A DNA stretch of 64,000 nucleotides from Bacteroidota bacterium (lineage in GTDB: Bacteria; Bacteroidota; Bacteroidia; AKYH767-A; OLB10): the NCBI GenBank assembly GCA_018268195.1, contig JAFDWZ010000028.1, positions 18,974 to 82,973 of the forward strand. Reading direction: 5' to 3'. Of this stretch, positions 30,121 to 39,340 are shown in pieces. Under the pieces are notes generated by a model. The model was not told where the DNA came from. It saw only the letters and a program-made list of their open reading frames with translations, and did not search any database. The position numbers and the translations under genes are program-made. Within the stretch, counting starts at the first letter, position 1; each line of letters opens with the position of its first letter.

Positions 30121-30711
30121 ATGAAACGATCATTCATCATCATAGGGGTAATACTCCTTATCGTATTTATTATCTATCGCTTTTTTGCAGGCACTTACAA
30201 CCAAATGGTGTCCGAGGATGAAAATGTAAAAAACAAATGGGCACAGGTTGAAAACCAGTATCAGCAACGCATGGACCTTATTCCTAATCTGGTAAACACC
30301 GTAAAAGGTGCTGCCGAGTTTGAGAAAGGTACACTTACTGCTGTGGTTGAAGCGCGCGCCAGTGCTACACAGGTAAAAGTTGATCCAAGCCAGTTGACTC
30401 CTGAAAACATTGAGAAATTTCAGGCAGCTCAGGGACAACTGAGCACGGCTTTGGGACGTTTGCTCATGGTGGTAGAAAATTATCCTAACCTGAAAGCAAA
30501 TCAGAACTTTCTTGAATTGCAGGCAACTCTTGAAGGCACTGAAAGGCGCATAGCTGTTGCACGTAAAGATTTTAACGATGCAGCACAATCTTTCAATACC
30601 TATATCCGCAAATTTCCACAGACTTTGTTGGCAGGAATGTTTGGTTTTAGAGAGAAGGGATACTTCCAAGCTGAAAAAGGAGCTGAGAAAGCACCTGAAG
30701 TTAAATTCTGA
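30121..30711 (+). CDS. lemA: LemA family protein
   Basis: N-terminal TM helix followed by the conserved LemA core (KNKWAQVENQYQQRMDLIPNLVNTVKGAAEFEKGTL). Confidence 0.85.
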   Translation: MKRSFIIIGVILLIVFIIYRFFAGTYNQMVSEDENVKNKWAQVENQYQQRMDLIPNLVNTVKGAAEFEKGTLTAVVEARASATQVKVDPSQLTPENIEKFQAAQGQLSTALGRLLMVVENYPNLKANQNFLELQATLEGTERRIAVARKDFNDAAQSFNTYIRKFPQTLLAGMFGFREKGYFQAEKGAEKAPEVKF

Positions 30712-30713
30712 TT

Positions 30714-31154
30714 ATGGCAGCTGCCTCCTCGTATTTTTCTGAAGAACAACAGCTATTGCTCAAAAATGCCATAGCACGAAACGAGAAAAAGACTTCAGGA
30801 GAAATACGTGTGTACATTGACAGTGTCATCAATGGTGATGTGCTGGAACGCGCAGCTGAGATTTTTGAAACACTGAGAATGCATGAAACCCATTTGCACA
30901 ACGGAGTACTCATCTATGTGGCTATTGAAAGCCGGCAGTTTGCAATAATTGGCGACAGTGGTATTCACCAGCATGTGAGTCAGAATTTTTGGGAAAAAGT
31001 GAAATCAGAGATGATTCCGTTTTTCAAAAGAAAAGACTTTACAGGAGGCTTGCTGCATGCCATTGATGAGACAGGTGCGAAGCTGAAATTACATTTCCCC
31101 ATCAAGAAGGACGATATTAATGAATTGCCCAATGATGTAATATTTGGAGAATAA
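30714..31154 (+). CDS. TPM (YgcG/Psb32-like) domain protein, soluble
   Basis: TPM-domain features (LLKNAIARNEKKTSGEIRVYIDSV...IYVAIESRQFAIIGDSGI). Immediately downstream of lemA. Confidence 0.7.
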   Translation: MAAASSYFSEEQQLLLKNAIARNEKKTSGEIRVYIDSVINGDVLERAAEIFETLRMHETHLHNGVLIYVAIESRQFAIIGDSGIHQHVSQNFWEKVKSEMIPFFKRKDFTGGLLHAIDETGAKLKLHFPIKKDDINELPNDVIFGE

Positions 31155-31974
31155 ACTTATGCAAAAACACAGATATTTACATATCATCATTGTGTTTGTC
31201 GCAGTGTTTTTTACAGGGGTGGTTGCAGCTCAGGAATTGCCTCCTGCACCCAATCCTCCTAAACTTGTTAATGATTACGCAGGGGTACTTTCAGAAGATC
31301 AGAAACAACTACTCGAGAATAAACTCGTAGCTTTTAACGACAGCACTTCCACTCAGATTTCCATTGTACTCATTCAGAGCACAGGCATTTATCCTGTTGA
31401 TGATTATGCAATAGCACTGTATCGTGCTTGGGGTATAGGCCAAAAGGATAAAAACAACGGAGCCCTTATCCTTGCAGCAATGACCGACAGGCGGATGACC
31501 ATCATTACCGGGTATGGATTGGAAGGTTCGCTGCCTGATGGCATTTGCAAACGAATTATTGAACTGGTAATAAAACCTGCTTTCAAAGAGCAGAATTATT
31601 ATGAAGGTTTGGATGCTGCTACTACTGAAATGATGCAGCGCGTAAAAGGAGAATACACAGCTGATGAAGCCAACAATGATGCGTCCGGTTCAGTATTAGG
31701 AGCTATCGTTATTGTAATTCTAATATTCTTCTTTATATTTTTCGCAAGAGTGATTACGGTTAAACGTTATGCAAGACTCAATAACCTGGGTTTCTGGACT
31801 GCGTGGATGCTGTTGAATGCTGCTGACAATGCCAACAGACGCAACAGTGGTGGCGGATGGAGTGGCGGTTCTTCATGGGGTGGTGGTTCTTCATGGGGTG
31901 GAGGAAGCAGCGGAGGCTTTGGAGGCTTCGGTGGTGGAAGTACTGGCGGTGGTGGTGCAACAGGTGGTTGGTAA
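31144..31974 (+). CDS. TPM domain membrane protein with a Gly/Ser/Trp-rich C-terminal tail (YgcG-like)
   Basis: Signal peptide, a TPM domain (LLENKLVAFNDSTSTQISIVLIQS...GALILAAMTDRRMTIITGYGLEG), a TM helix, then repeated GGSSWGGGSS...GGFGGFGGG. Confidence 0.75.
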   Translation: MENKLMQKHRYLHIIIVFVAVFFTGVVAAQELPPAPNPPKLVNDYAGVLSEDQKQLLENKLVAFNDSTSTQISIVLIQSTGIYPVDDYAIALYRAWGIGQKDKNNGALILAAMTDRRMTIITGYGLEGSLPDGICKRIIELVIKPAFKEQNYYEGLDAATTEMMQRVKGEYTADEANNDASGSVLGAIVIVILIFFFIFFARVITVKRYARLNNLGFWTAWMLLNAADNANRRNSGGGWSGGSSWGGGSSWGGGSSGGFGGFGGGSTGGGGATGGW

Positions 31975-32034
31975 GTACTACTTCATGTTATGAGTTCATT
32001 TATTTTTATCTGAACCTTTTATACATCTGAAATT

Positions 32035-32394
32035 ATGAGCGAACAAAAACTTGTTGTACAAAAATATATGGAAGCTTTCAGCAGAACAGATCATGAAAGT
32101 ATTTTATCATGTTTAACCGATGATGTTGAATGGGAAATGCCGGGATATTATTTTCACAAAGGGATTGAGGCATTTGATAAAGAGATTGAAAACCCCAATG
32201 CTGATGGACATCCTGATATTAAAGTTAACCGTATGATAGAAGAAGGAAATTGTGTGGTAGCAGAAGGCACTGTGACAGCAAAGTTAAAAGGAGAAAATAA
32301 TATTGATGCTGTATTCTGCGATGTGTTTCACTTCAGAAACGGGAAAATATGCAAACTCACTTCCTATGTGATGTTTAAAGGGAAGGTAGCGTGA
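32035..32394 (+). CDS. NTF2-like (SnoaL/ketosteroid-isomerase-like) small protein
   Basis: 119 aa. The pattern KYMEAFSRTDHESILSCLTDDVEWEMPG is typical of SnoaL-like polyketide-cyclase-fold proteins. Confidence 0.55.
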   Translation: MSEQKLVVQKYMEAFSRTDHESILSCLTDDVEWEMPGYYFHKGIEAFDKEIENPNADGHPDIKVNRMIEEGNCVVAEGTVTAKLKGENNIDAVFCDVFHFRNGKICKLTSYVMFKGKVA

Positions 32395-32553
32395 TGAAAA
32401 AAGTTGTATAACCTGGCGCTGTAATAATAAAACCGGCTCCCATAGTTTATTGGTATGGCTACAGCGGATCTGGTAAAAGTTTGGATGATTATATACTGAG
32501 GTAACATGTAATCCTTATTCGGAACTTAACAGTGATGATAATTTAATAGTATA

Positions 32554-32829
32554 ATGTCGTTAGCAGAAGCAATAAAAAATCTGACCCAAATTCCGGGAGT
32601 AGGTAAATCCATTGCAACAGATTTATACAACATCGGTATTTATAAGGTTGAAGATTTAAAAGGTAAAAGTCCTGAAAAACTTTTTAATAAATCAAATCAA
32701 TATGCAGGTTGTATTCAAGACAGATGTCTGCTTTATGTTTTCAGATGTGCTGTTTGGTATGCTGAAACTCCGGCAGAAGAACGGGAACAAGAAAAATTAA
32801 AGTGGTGGTATTGGAAAGATAAGAAGTAA
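32554..32829 (+). CDS. Helix-hairpin-helix domain protein ('pathogenicity locus' HhH family)
   Basis: An HhH motif (LTQIPGVGKSIATDLYNIGIYKVEDLKGKSPEKLF) and a conserved Cys cluster (CIQDRCLLYVFRC). Confidence 0.55.
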   Translation: MSLAEAIKNLTQIPGVGKSIATDLYNIGIYKVEDLKGKSPEKLFNKSNQYAGCIQDRCLLYVFRCAVWYAETPAEEREQEKLKWWYWKDKK

Positions 32830-33042
32830 AAAAAATCTACCATTAAATTTGTTGGATTCAATCTTGATTTAAAATTTTACAGAGGAAATCTGCGTAACTT
32901 CATCTATTCTTAACCACGAATGTGACTTAAAGTAAAAATAAAGCGACCTTTGCAATCTGATATTAGCGAACTCTACTCGGGCATTTGTATCTGTTTTTTT
33001 AATTTAGCAGAGTTGGCTGATAGTTTTTAACATTTAGTTTGG

Positions 33043-34911
33043 ATGATTAAAAAAGGCATTCCTTTATCACTTACTCTTTCGCAGGCACTGCATAGCGAAA
33101 ATACCACGTCAGGGAAAAAATATAATAAGCAACGCACCTTGCGTTTATCATTACTTGCGGTGCTTATTGCTGTTTGCATAAGTTTTATTGCAAAATTTCT
33201 GATTTATCTGATTGATGTTATAACCAATATTGCCTTCTATGGAAAACTTTCTTTAGAACCTTTAAGTCCTGCGGATAACACATATGGCATTTTTGTAATC
33301 ATAGTTCCTGTAGTTGGTGGTTTGATAGTAGGCTTAATGGCTTTATATGGTTCTAAGGCAATACGCGGTCATGGAATTCCGGAAGCTATGGAACAGATTC
33401 TTACCAACGAAAGCAGGATCAAACCATCTATCACGTATCTTAAACCGTTGTCATCGGCAATTACCATTGGCACAGGAGGTCCATTCGGAGCAGAAGGGCC
33501 TATTATTGCAACAGGAGCAGCATTGGGCTCCACATTGGGGCAACTTATCAGAATAACACCAAATGAACGCAAGATTTTACTTGCGGCAGGAGCCACAGCA
33601 GGCATGTCTGCAATTTTTGCAAGCCCCGTTGCTGCTATATTGCTTGCTATTGAGTTGTTGTTATTCGAGTTTTCTGCACGTTCATTTATTCCTGTTGCTT
33701 TAGCTTGTATTACCGGTGCTGCGGGTCATCATTTGTTGTTTGGCAATGAAGTAGTTTTCCCTCTTACTACCGAAATAGCTGCAGCCTCCAATTATGCTTT
33801 GTTTTTTTATAGTGTGATGGGAATCATCATCGGGTTTCTGGCTGTTGGGGTAACAAAAACTGTTTATTGGCTGGAAGATATGTTTGAAAAACTTCCTGTG
33901 CATTGGGCATGGTGGCCTGCCATAGGCGGAATTGCTGTTGGAGTAGTGGGATATTTTTCGCCACGCACACTTGGTGTTGGTTATAATAACATTACCGATT
34001 TACTTTCCGGATCGCTGCCTATGCAAATTGTAATTTCATTGTGTATATTAAAATTTGTTTCCTGGTCCATATCATTAAGCAGTGGCACCTCTGGTGGTAC
34101 GCTTGCTCCTTTACTTACTATTGGTGGAGCAACAGGCGCATTGATAGGTAGTGTAGGAATGCAATGGTTTCCTGATGCAGGAATAAATATTCCTCTTTCA
34201 GTGTTGGTAGGTATGTCAGCATTATTTGCAGGAGCATCAAGGGCTTTTCTTACATCAATTGTTTTTGCGCTCGAAACCACAGGCCAGTCAAATGCCTTGT
34301 TGCCATTGCTGGGCACTTGCACAACGTCATATTTCATTTCATTTTTCCTGATGGAAAACACCATCATGACTGAGCGTATTGCACGTAGAGGAGTGGTGGC
34401 TCCTGCATCCTATGAACCCGATATTCTTGAGAAAACAACAGTGGAACAGTTGGTAACTGATGACGGAGTAATCATTAATGACGATATGAGCATTGACGAA
34501 GTGCGTAACTGGTTCTCCAATGAATCGGATATGAAATCAAATTATTTTATTGTCTCTGATACAGAAGGAGAATACAAGGGCATAGTGAGCTCTTCGAATT
34601 TATTCAATATGCATCATAACCGCGAAGGGACCATCAGTTCCATTGTGAAAAGAAATAAAGTGTTTATTCAGCCATCTGAATCATTGAGAAGTGCTGTGGA
34701 AGTAATGGCAAAAGAAAATGTGGATATTTTGCCTGTGGTGGTTGAAAATAAAGTTGCAGGAATATTAACCTATCAGCACATCATCTCTGTTTACAAAACC
34801 GGAGTAGATGAACGAGAAAAACGGCAGGCGCATATATCATTGAGCCGGCAAAGATTGAAATTACTGGTACGCGGACAGAAACTGGTTTCCATTCTGAAAA
34901 GCAAAAAGTAA
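33043..34911 (+). CDS. ClC-family voltage-gated chloride channel / H+-Cl- antiporter with a C-terminal CBS pair
   Basis: Selectivity motifs GHGIPEA (GSGIP type), GAEGP (GK/REGP type) and GTLAPLL. About 10-12 TM helices, then two CBS-like segments. Confidence 0.85.
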   Translation: MIKKGIPLSLTLSQALHSENTTSGKKYNKQRTLRLSLLAVLIAVCISFIAKFLIYLIDVITNIAFYGKLSLEPLSPADNTYGIFVIIVPVVGGLIVGLMALYGSKAIRGHGIPEAMEQILTNESRIKPSITYLKPLSSAITIGTGGPFGAEGPIIATGAALGSTLGQLIRITPNERKILLAAGATAGMSAIFASPVAAILLAIELLLFEFSARSFIPVALACITGAAGHHLLFGNEVVFPLTTEIAAASNYALFFYSVMGIIIGFLAVGVTKTVYWLEDMFEKLPVHWAWWPAIGGIAVGVVGYFSPRTLGVGYNNITDLLSGSLPMQIVISLCILKFVSWSISLSSGTSGGTLAPLLTIGGATGALIGSVGMQWFPDAGINIPLSVLVGMSALFAGASRAFLTSIVFALETTGQSNALLPLLGTCTTSYFISFFLMENTIMTERIARRGVVAPASYEPDILEKTTVEQLVTDDGVIINDDMSIDEVRNWFSNESDMKSNYFIVSDTEGEYKGIVSSSNLFNMHHNREGTISSIVKRNKVFIQPSESLRSAVEVMAKENVDILPVVVENKVAGILTYQHIISVYKTGVDEREKRQAHISLSRQRLKLLVRGQKLVSILKSKK

Positions 34912-34943
34912 AAAATGGTAAAAGTTAAAACAACTTTGTAATT

Positions 34944-35501
34944 ATGAAAAAGGCACTAACCGAAGGTGAAAAAAAACATCTTGTAACGATTCTTAAATCA
35001 CGATTTGACGAGAACAAACATCGTCATAAGAATATCAGTTGGAATGATGTGGAAGCCCGGCTATTAAAGCAACCGGAGAAATTGTGGTCGCTTAATGAGA
35101 TGGAAAAATCAGGTGGAGAGCCTGATGTGATTGGCCTCGACAAAAAAGCAAATGCTTTTATTTATTGCGACTGTGCTGCTGAAAGTCCTAAAGGCAGGCG
35201 TAGCCTCTGTTACGATGAGGATGCATTGCAATCGAGAAAGGAACATAAACCAAAGGACAGTGCAATGAATATGGCAAAGTGGATGGGAGTGGAGATGCTC
35301 GATGAAAAGCAGTATGTTGAACTACAATCCATAGAAAATTTTGATTTGAAAACATCAAGCTGGCTCAGGACACCGGAAGAAATCCGTGAATTGGGTGGCG
35401 CTGTTTTTGGCGACTTCAGATTTGGCAGAGTGTTTATTTATCATAATGGTGCCGAATCGTATTATGCAGCAAGAGGTTTCAGAGCACGCTTAATAATTTA
35501 A
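34944..35501 (+). CDS. Hypothetical conserved cytoplasmic protein
   Basis: Clean 185-aa ORF with a 30-nt gap after the ClC gene. No recognisable catalytic motif. Confidence 0.4.
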   Translation: MKKALTEGEKKHLVTILKSRFDENKHRHKNISWNDVEARLLKQPEKLWSLNEMEKSGGEPDVIGLDKKANAFIYCDCAAESPKGRRSLCYDEDALQSRKEHKPKDSAMNMAKWMGVEMLDEKQYVELQSIENFDLKTSSWLRTPEEIRELGGAVFGDFRFGRVFIYHNGAESYYAARGFRARLII

Positions 35502-35585
35502 TAAACATTTGAAAAAATTAATGTGAGATGCATTTTTTTCAAAAAATATTTTTGCATCAAAATTAATGTCGTGAAATATTAAACT

Positions 35586-36314
35586 TTATTTGATGGAAAC
35601 CGAAGGTTTTTCACACGACATCATCGCAGGAGGATGTTTGGTTACATGGCAATCGGTTTTCATTTGAGTGCCGCGGTATATTAGAAATACTGCAAGCACT
35701 AAAGAAACTACAGGAGCAGCTTTGCCATACCATGTACGCCATGAGCCTTTGAGCAATGTGTTTGAAAACGACAAGGCAATCATTATGGGAAATGTTCCCA
35801 ATGCAAACAATGCCATATATAAAACGCTGCCGCCAATTGTTCCTGCCGAAACCGAACCTGCTGCTGCCAGATATACCAGGCCGCAAGGCAGAAATCCATT
35901 TACCAATCCGATGCTAAGGTGAGTCACAGGCGACTGATGAGCAAAAAGTTTTTTCATCAGCAAACGTACAGGCATACTAAGTTTTACTATAAAACCTGAA
36001 AATTTGTTTTGGAATTTTTGTGCTGCAGTAAAAAATAAAAATATCAGAATAATAATTCCTGATACAATACTAAGTTGTTTTTGATATCCGCTAATTGCTA
36101 TTGCTGAGCCCAGCACGCCAAAGATTACACCTATGAACATGTATGCAATCCCTCGACCTACATTATAGAGCAGTTTTGCGACAACAGCTTTTGTTATTAC
36201 TTTTTTGTTGACAGGCAGCATCAGCGCTATGGGGCCACACATGCCGGCACAGTGCAAACTGCCGAACAGCCCAAGTATAAATGCTGATAAATAAAATGCC
36301 ATGCCCTGCATCAA
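35586..36314 (-). CDS. TauE/SafE-like integral membrane protein with an HCxxMCGP motif, the last gene of the cbb3 oxidase cluster (putative metal or cofactor delivery)
   Basis: Six to seven TM helices with GSLHCAGMCGPI in TM1. Its start overlaps the fixH stop. Confidence 0.5.
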   Translation of the reverse strand: MMQGMAFYLSAFILGLFGSLHCAGMCGPIALMLPVNKKVITKAVVAKLLYNVGRGIAYMFIGVIFGVLGSAIAISGYQKQLSIVSGIIILIFLFFTAAQKFQNKFSGFIVKLSMPVRLLMKKLFAHQSPVTHLSIGLVNGFLPCGLVYLAAAGSVSAGTIGGSVLYMALFALGTFPIMIALSFSNTLLKGSWRTWYGKAAPVVSLVLAVFLIYRGTQMKTDCHVTKHPPAMMSCEKPSVSIK

Positions 36315-36748
36315 TGAACGTATATTCGTACTTCTTTAAAATATTCCTTTGAGTTGTTTTGCCATGATGCCAACACATTCCAATATCCATGAGCAATTTG
36401 AGGCAAGGCTATTTCCTGCTTTCCTTCGTTATTGGTTTGCAAGGTTACGCTGAAATCTTTTCCTGCATCGTCAGGTTTATAAAACTGTAAATTGCCGTGA
36501 ACGGAAATGTTATCCGTAAAACGAACTACAGCCTTACGTTCGTCATTCAAATATTTTAAATCGAAATTATTTGCTTCCAAAGCATTGGTTTCTGCATTAA
36601 TCTTATCCTGAAAGTGTACAGCCTGTTCATAATAACCATCTGTTACCAAATCGTTTTTCTGTCGCGATGCAAGTACGACCATTCCGATCATACCCAATGC
36701 AAATGCCGTATATAATGTTGCAATGCCGAAACCCCAGTTTAATTTCAT
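36311..36748 (-). CDS. fixH: FixH family protein (cbb3 oxidase assembly)
   Basis: About 145 aa with an N-terminal TM helix (WGFGIATLYTAFALGMIGMVVLA). Sits between ccoG and the TauE-like gene, as in canonical ccoGHIS clusters. Confidence 0.65.
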   Translation of the reverse strand: MKLNWGFGIATLYTAFALGMIGMVVLASRQKNDLVTDGYYEQAVHFQDKINAETNALEANNFDLKYLNDERKAVVRFTDNISVHGNLQFYKPDDAGKDFSVTLQTNNEGKQEIALPQIAHGYWNVLASWQNNSKEYFKEVRIYVH

Positions 36749-36753
36749 TTGTC

Positions 36754-38160
36754 TTAATTATTTGGACCGAGAAAGGAAGTAGTGTAATGACTCACCGTTT
36801 TGCCATTGGATATTACTTCAAACTTTACTTCGGTTTTTGTTTTAATAATTTTATTTTTAGGGATAACAAGGAAGAAAGTTCCGTGTACAACCGACTGTTC
36901 TTTGAGCGTTTTTAAACCATCACCTACCCATTTTATTTCACCTTCAGGCTCTGTTAGTTTTAATTCAAATGGAATATCCTTGAAAGTTTTATTTACCAAT
37001 TGTATGTTGTACAGATTGCTGATGTGATTGTCATCCGGTTTTTGGAACAACATTCCCGGAGTTCGCAGGATAGTAGTTTCCACATCACTTCGTGTAATCA
37101 GCAATGTAAACAATACACCTGTAAGCACCAGCAGCACTGCCGAATAGCCGATGATACGCGGAGTGATTTTAAATTTCTCTTTTTTCTTGATGGCATTTTC
37201 ACTGGAGTAACGTATCAATCCGCGTGGCTTATGTACTTTATCCATGATGTCGTCACAGGCATCAATACATGCAGTACAGTTCACACATTCCAATTGCGTT
37301 CCGTTGCGTATGTCTATTCCTGTAGGGCACACCTGTACGCACTGATGGCAGTCAATACAGTCACCATGCTGAATCGCATCTGTATTTAGTTTGCCACGTG
37401 GTTCGCCACGGGCATAATCATAGGCAATAACCACAGAGTTTGGGTCAAGTAAAACGCCCTGCAAGCGTCCGTAGGGGCACACTACTATACACACCTGCTC
37501 ACGGAATCGGGCAAAGACACCATAAAATACGCCAGTGAAAAGAAGAATTGCAAACAGTCCACCTAAATGTTCAGAGGGATCATCCGTAATTATTTTTTCA
37601 AGTTCGTCAATACCGATAATGTAGGCAAGAAATGTATTGGAAATAAGAAATGATATCAGAAAGAAGATAATATGCTTGGTAGCTTTTATTCTGATTTTTT
37701 CTGCATCCCAGCCACGTTTGCTTAGCGCTTTTTGTTTCATGGAGTCGCCTTCAATCCAATATTCAATTTTGCGAAACACCATTTCCAGAAACACTGTTTG
37801 CGGACAAGCCCAGCCACACCATAACCTGCCAAACAAAGCAGTAAACAATGCAATGAATACCACAAAGGTGAGCATGGCAAGCATAAACAGAAAAAAGTCC
37901 TGTGGAAAAAATGCAACACCAAATAGGACAAACTTCCGCTCTATGATGTTGAGCATAAAAAACGGATGCCCGTTTATTTTGATTAGCGGCAGTGCAAAAA
38001 ACACAATCAGGAAACCAATGCTTACCCACGTTCGGGCATTGTAAAATCTTCCTTTAGGTTTTTTCGGGAATATCCACGCTCGTTTTCCTTCCTTGGTTAC
38101 GGTAGAAATACTGTCGCGGAATGATTCGTCAAGATAAGGATTATGCTCGCTATTATCCAA
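36754..38160 (-). CDS. ccoG: Cytochrome c oxidase accessory protein CcoG (polyferredoxin)
   Basis: TM helices plus two 4Fe-4S cysteine clusters (CIDCHQCVQVCPTGIDIRNG and CVNCTACIDACD). Confidence 0.85.
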   Translation of the reverse strand: MDNSEHNPYLDESFRDSISTVTKEGKRAWIFPKKPKGRFYNARTWVSIGFLIVFFALPLIKINGHPFFMLNIIERKFVLFGVAFFPQDFFLFMLAMLTFVVFIALFTALFGRLWCGWACPQTVFLEMVFRKIEYWIEGDSMKQKALSKRGWDAEKIRIKATKHIIFFLISFLISNTFLAYIIGIDELEKIITDDPSEHLGGLFAILLFTGVFYGVFARFREQVCIVVCPYGRLQGVLLDPNSVVIAYDYARGEPRGKLNTDAIQHGDCIDCHQCVQVCPTGIDIRNGTQLECVNCTACIDACDDIMDKVHKPRGLIRYSSENAIKKKEKFKITPRIIGYSAVLLVLTGVLFTLLITRSDVETTILRTPGMLFQKPDDNHISNLYNIQLVNKTFKDIPFELKLTEPEGEIKWVGDGLKTLKEQSVVHGTFFLVIPKNKIIKTKTEVKFEVISNGKTVSHYTTSFLGPNN

Positions 38161-38193
38161 TGCTAATTTAAATTTTGATAAAATTAATAATTA

Positions 38194-39171
38194 TTATTTG
38201 GCTGTTTGCGTTGTTGCTGAAGAGTCAGCACTTGCGGGTGCTGCTGTTTCTGTCCATTTTTCGCCCTCTTGTTCTTTGGGAGCAGCAGGTTTGGTGCCTT
38301 GTAAACTCCACACAAATGAAGATACTTCCTGAATTTGTTTAGGCGACAGTTGTGATTGCCAACTAATCATACCTTTTGCCGGAACTCCATAAGTCACGGT
38401 TTTAAAAATGTTTTTAATACCACCGCCATGCAACCAGTAGGCATCTGTAAGATTGGGTCCAACCATTCCTCCACCATCAGGACCATGACAGGCAGCACAG
38501 TTCTTGGTAAATATTTCTTTCCCTTTTTCAATAGCACCTGCATCGGTAAGCATGGTAACGTTATCTTCTGTAATATTTTCAGCAGAATTTTTCATGCGTT
38601 CCTCTTTGGCTTTGGCTGCCATTGCAAGTTCGTCATTATATTCTTCCAATTGAAGTTTGCCTGTTCCCGTAACGTGATAACCTATCAGATAGACAAACGC
38701 AAATACGATAGTTGCATAGAAACCCCATTTCCACCATGGAGGAAGGTTGTTGTCGAGCTCTTTAATGCCATCATAATCGTGGTCGAGCAGAATATCTTCT
38801 TCCTGAGCTATGGGAACACCTCCCATTAAACGTTGATAGACTTTGCGAAGTAGCGAAGGAGCTTTATCTCCATCTTCATTGTTTTCAGTATGCTGCTTTC
38901 GTTGCGAAGTAAACGCTTTAGGAGAAATAGTTGTTATCAGCTTTACATTGATTTTGTACAATACAATGATTGTTGATACCAGAATCAGCACCAGAAAGCC
39001 TATGAGATATGAATTGCCATCCAATGCCCAGGCAGGAGGCTGTGACGCTTTTGTTACTTCCTGTGTTTCCTGTGCAACAGCGTAAAGGCTTATCATGTTT
39101 AACAGTAAAACTGTTTTTATCGTTTTTATGAATCGTTTCATTGTTGTATTAATTTTTTTGGTTAACTTCAT
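38194..39171 (-). CDS. ccoP: cbb3-type cytochrome c oxidase subunit III (CcoP), mono-haem Bacteroidota form
   Basis: N-terminal TM helix and a single CXXCH (CAACHGPDGGG). Directly downstream of ccoQ and the fused ccoNO gene. Confidence 0.75.
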   Translation of the reverse strand: MKLTKKINTTMKRFIKTIKTVLLLNMISLYAVAQETQEVTKASQPPAWALDGNSYLIGFLVLILVSTIIVLYKINVKLITTISPKAFTSQRKQHTENNEDGDKAPSLLRKVYQRLMGGVPIAQEEDILLDHDYDGIKELDNNLPPWWKWGFYATIVFAFVYLIGYHVTGTGKLQLEEYNDELAMAAKAKEERMKNSAENITEDNVTMLTDAGAIEKGKEIFTKNCAACHGPDGGGMVGPNLTDAYWLHGGGIKNIFKTVTYGVPAKGMISWQSQLSPKQIQEVSSFVWSLQGTKPAAPKEQEGEKWTETAAPASADSSATTQTAK

Positions 39172-39322
39172 CCAGAGGCATTTTACTCTGGCTTTCGAAA
39201 TCTTCTTTTTTGGAACGTAACACCCATAGCGACATGATGGTGAAAAAAGTAAAGAATACTACAACCGTAATTACCGGATAAATATCAATGTCTTTTATTG
39301 TTCTCAGAACTTCTTTATACAT
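39149..39322 (-). CDS. ccoQ: CcoQ/FixQ-like small membrane subunit of cbb3 oxidase (57 aa)
   Basis: Hand translation of the minus strand gives MYKEVLRTIKDIDIYPVITVVVFFTFFTIMSLWVLRSKKEDFESQSKMPLDEVNQKN*. It has one TM helix, is not in the ORF track (under 60 aa) and sits between ccoNO and ccoP. It overlaps the annotated ccoP start by 23 nt, so ccoP may actually start at the downstream Met (MKRFIKT). Confidence 0.6.
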   Translation of the reverse strand: MYKEVLRTIKDIDIYPVITVVVFFTFFTIMSLWVLRSKKEDFESQSKMPLDEVNQKN

Positions 39323-39340
39323 AAACTGTCCTCCCTGATA

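Noticed and set aside
32830-33042. Possible fluoride riboswitch (crcB motif) upstream of the ClC channel gene
   Set aside because: The 3' region has GGCTGATAG, which only partly resembles the conserved GCUGAUGAUGCCUAC, and the conserved 5' GGnGAUGG...AACCGCC elements are absent. The channel also carries CBS domains unlike typical CLC-F fluoride exporters.
35520-35562. Hairpin between the convergent 34944..35501 gene and the TauE-like gene
   Set aside because: The inverted repeat TTGAAAAAA...TTTTTTCAA has a 22-nt loop and an A/T-only stem, too weak to call a terminator.
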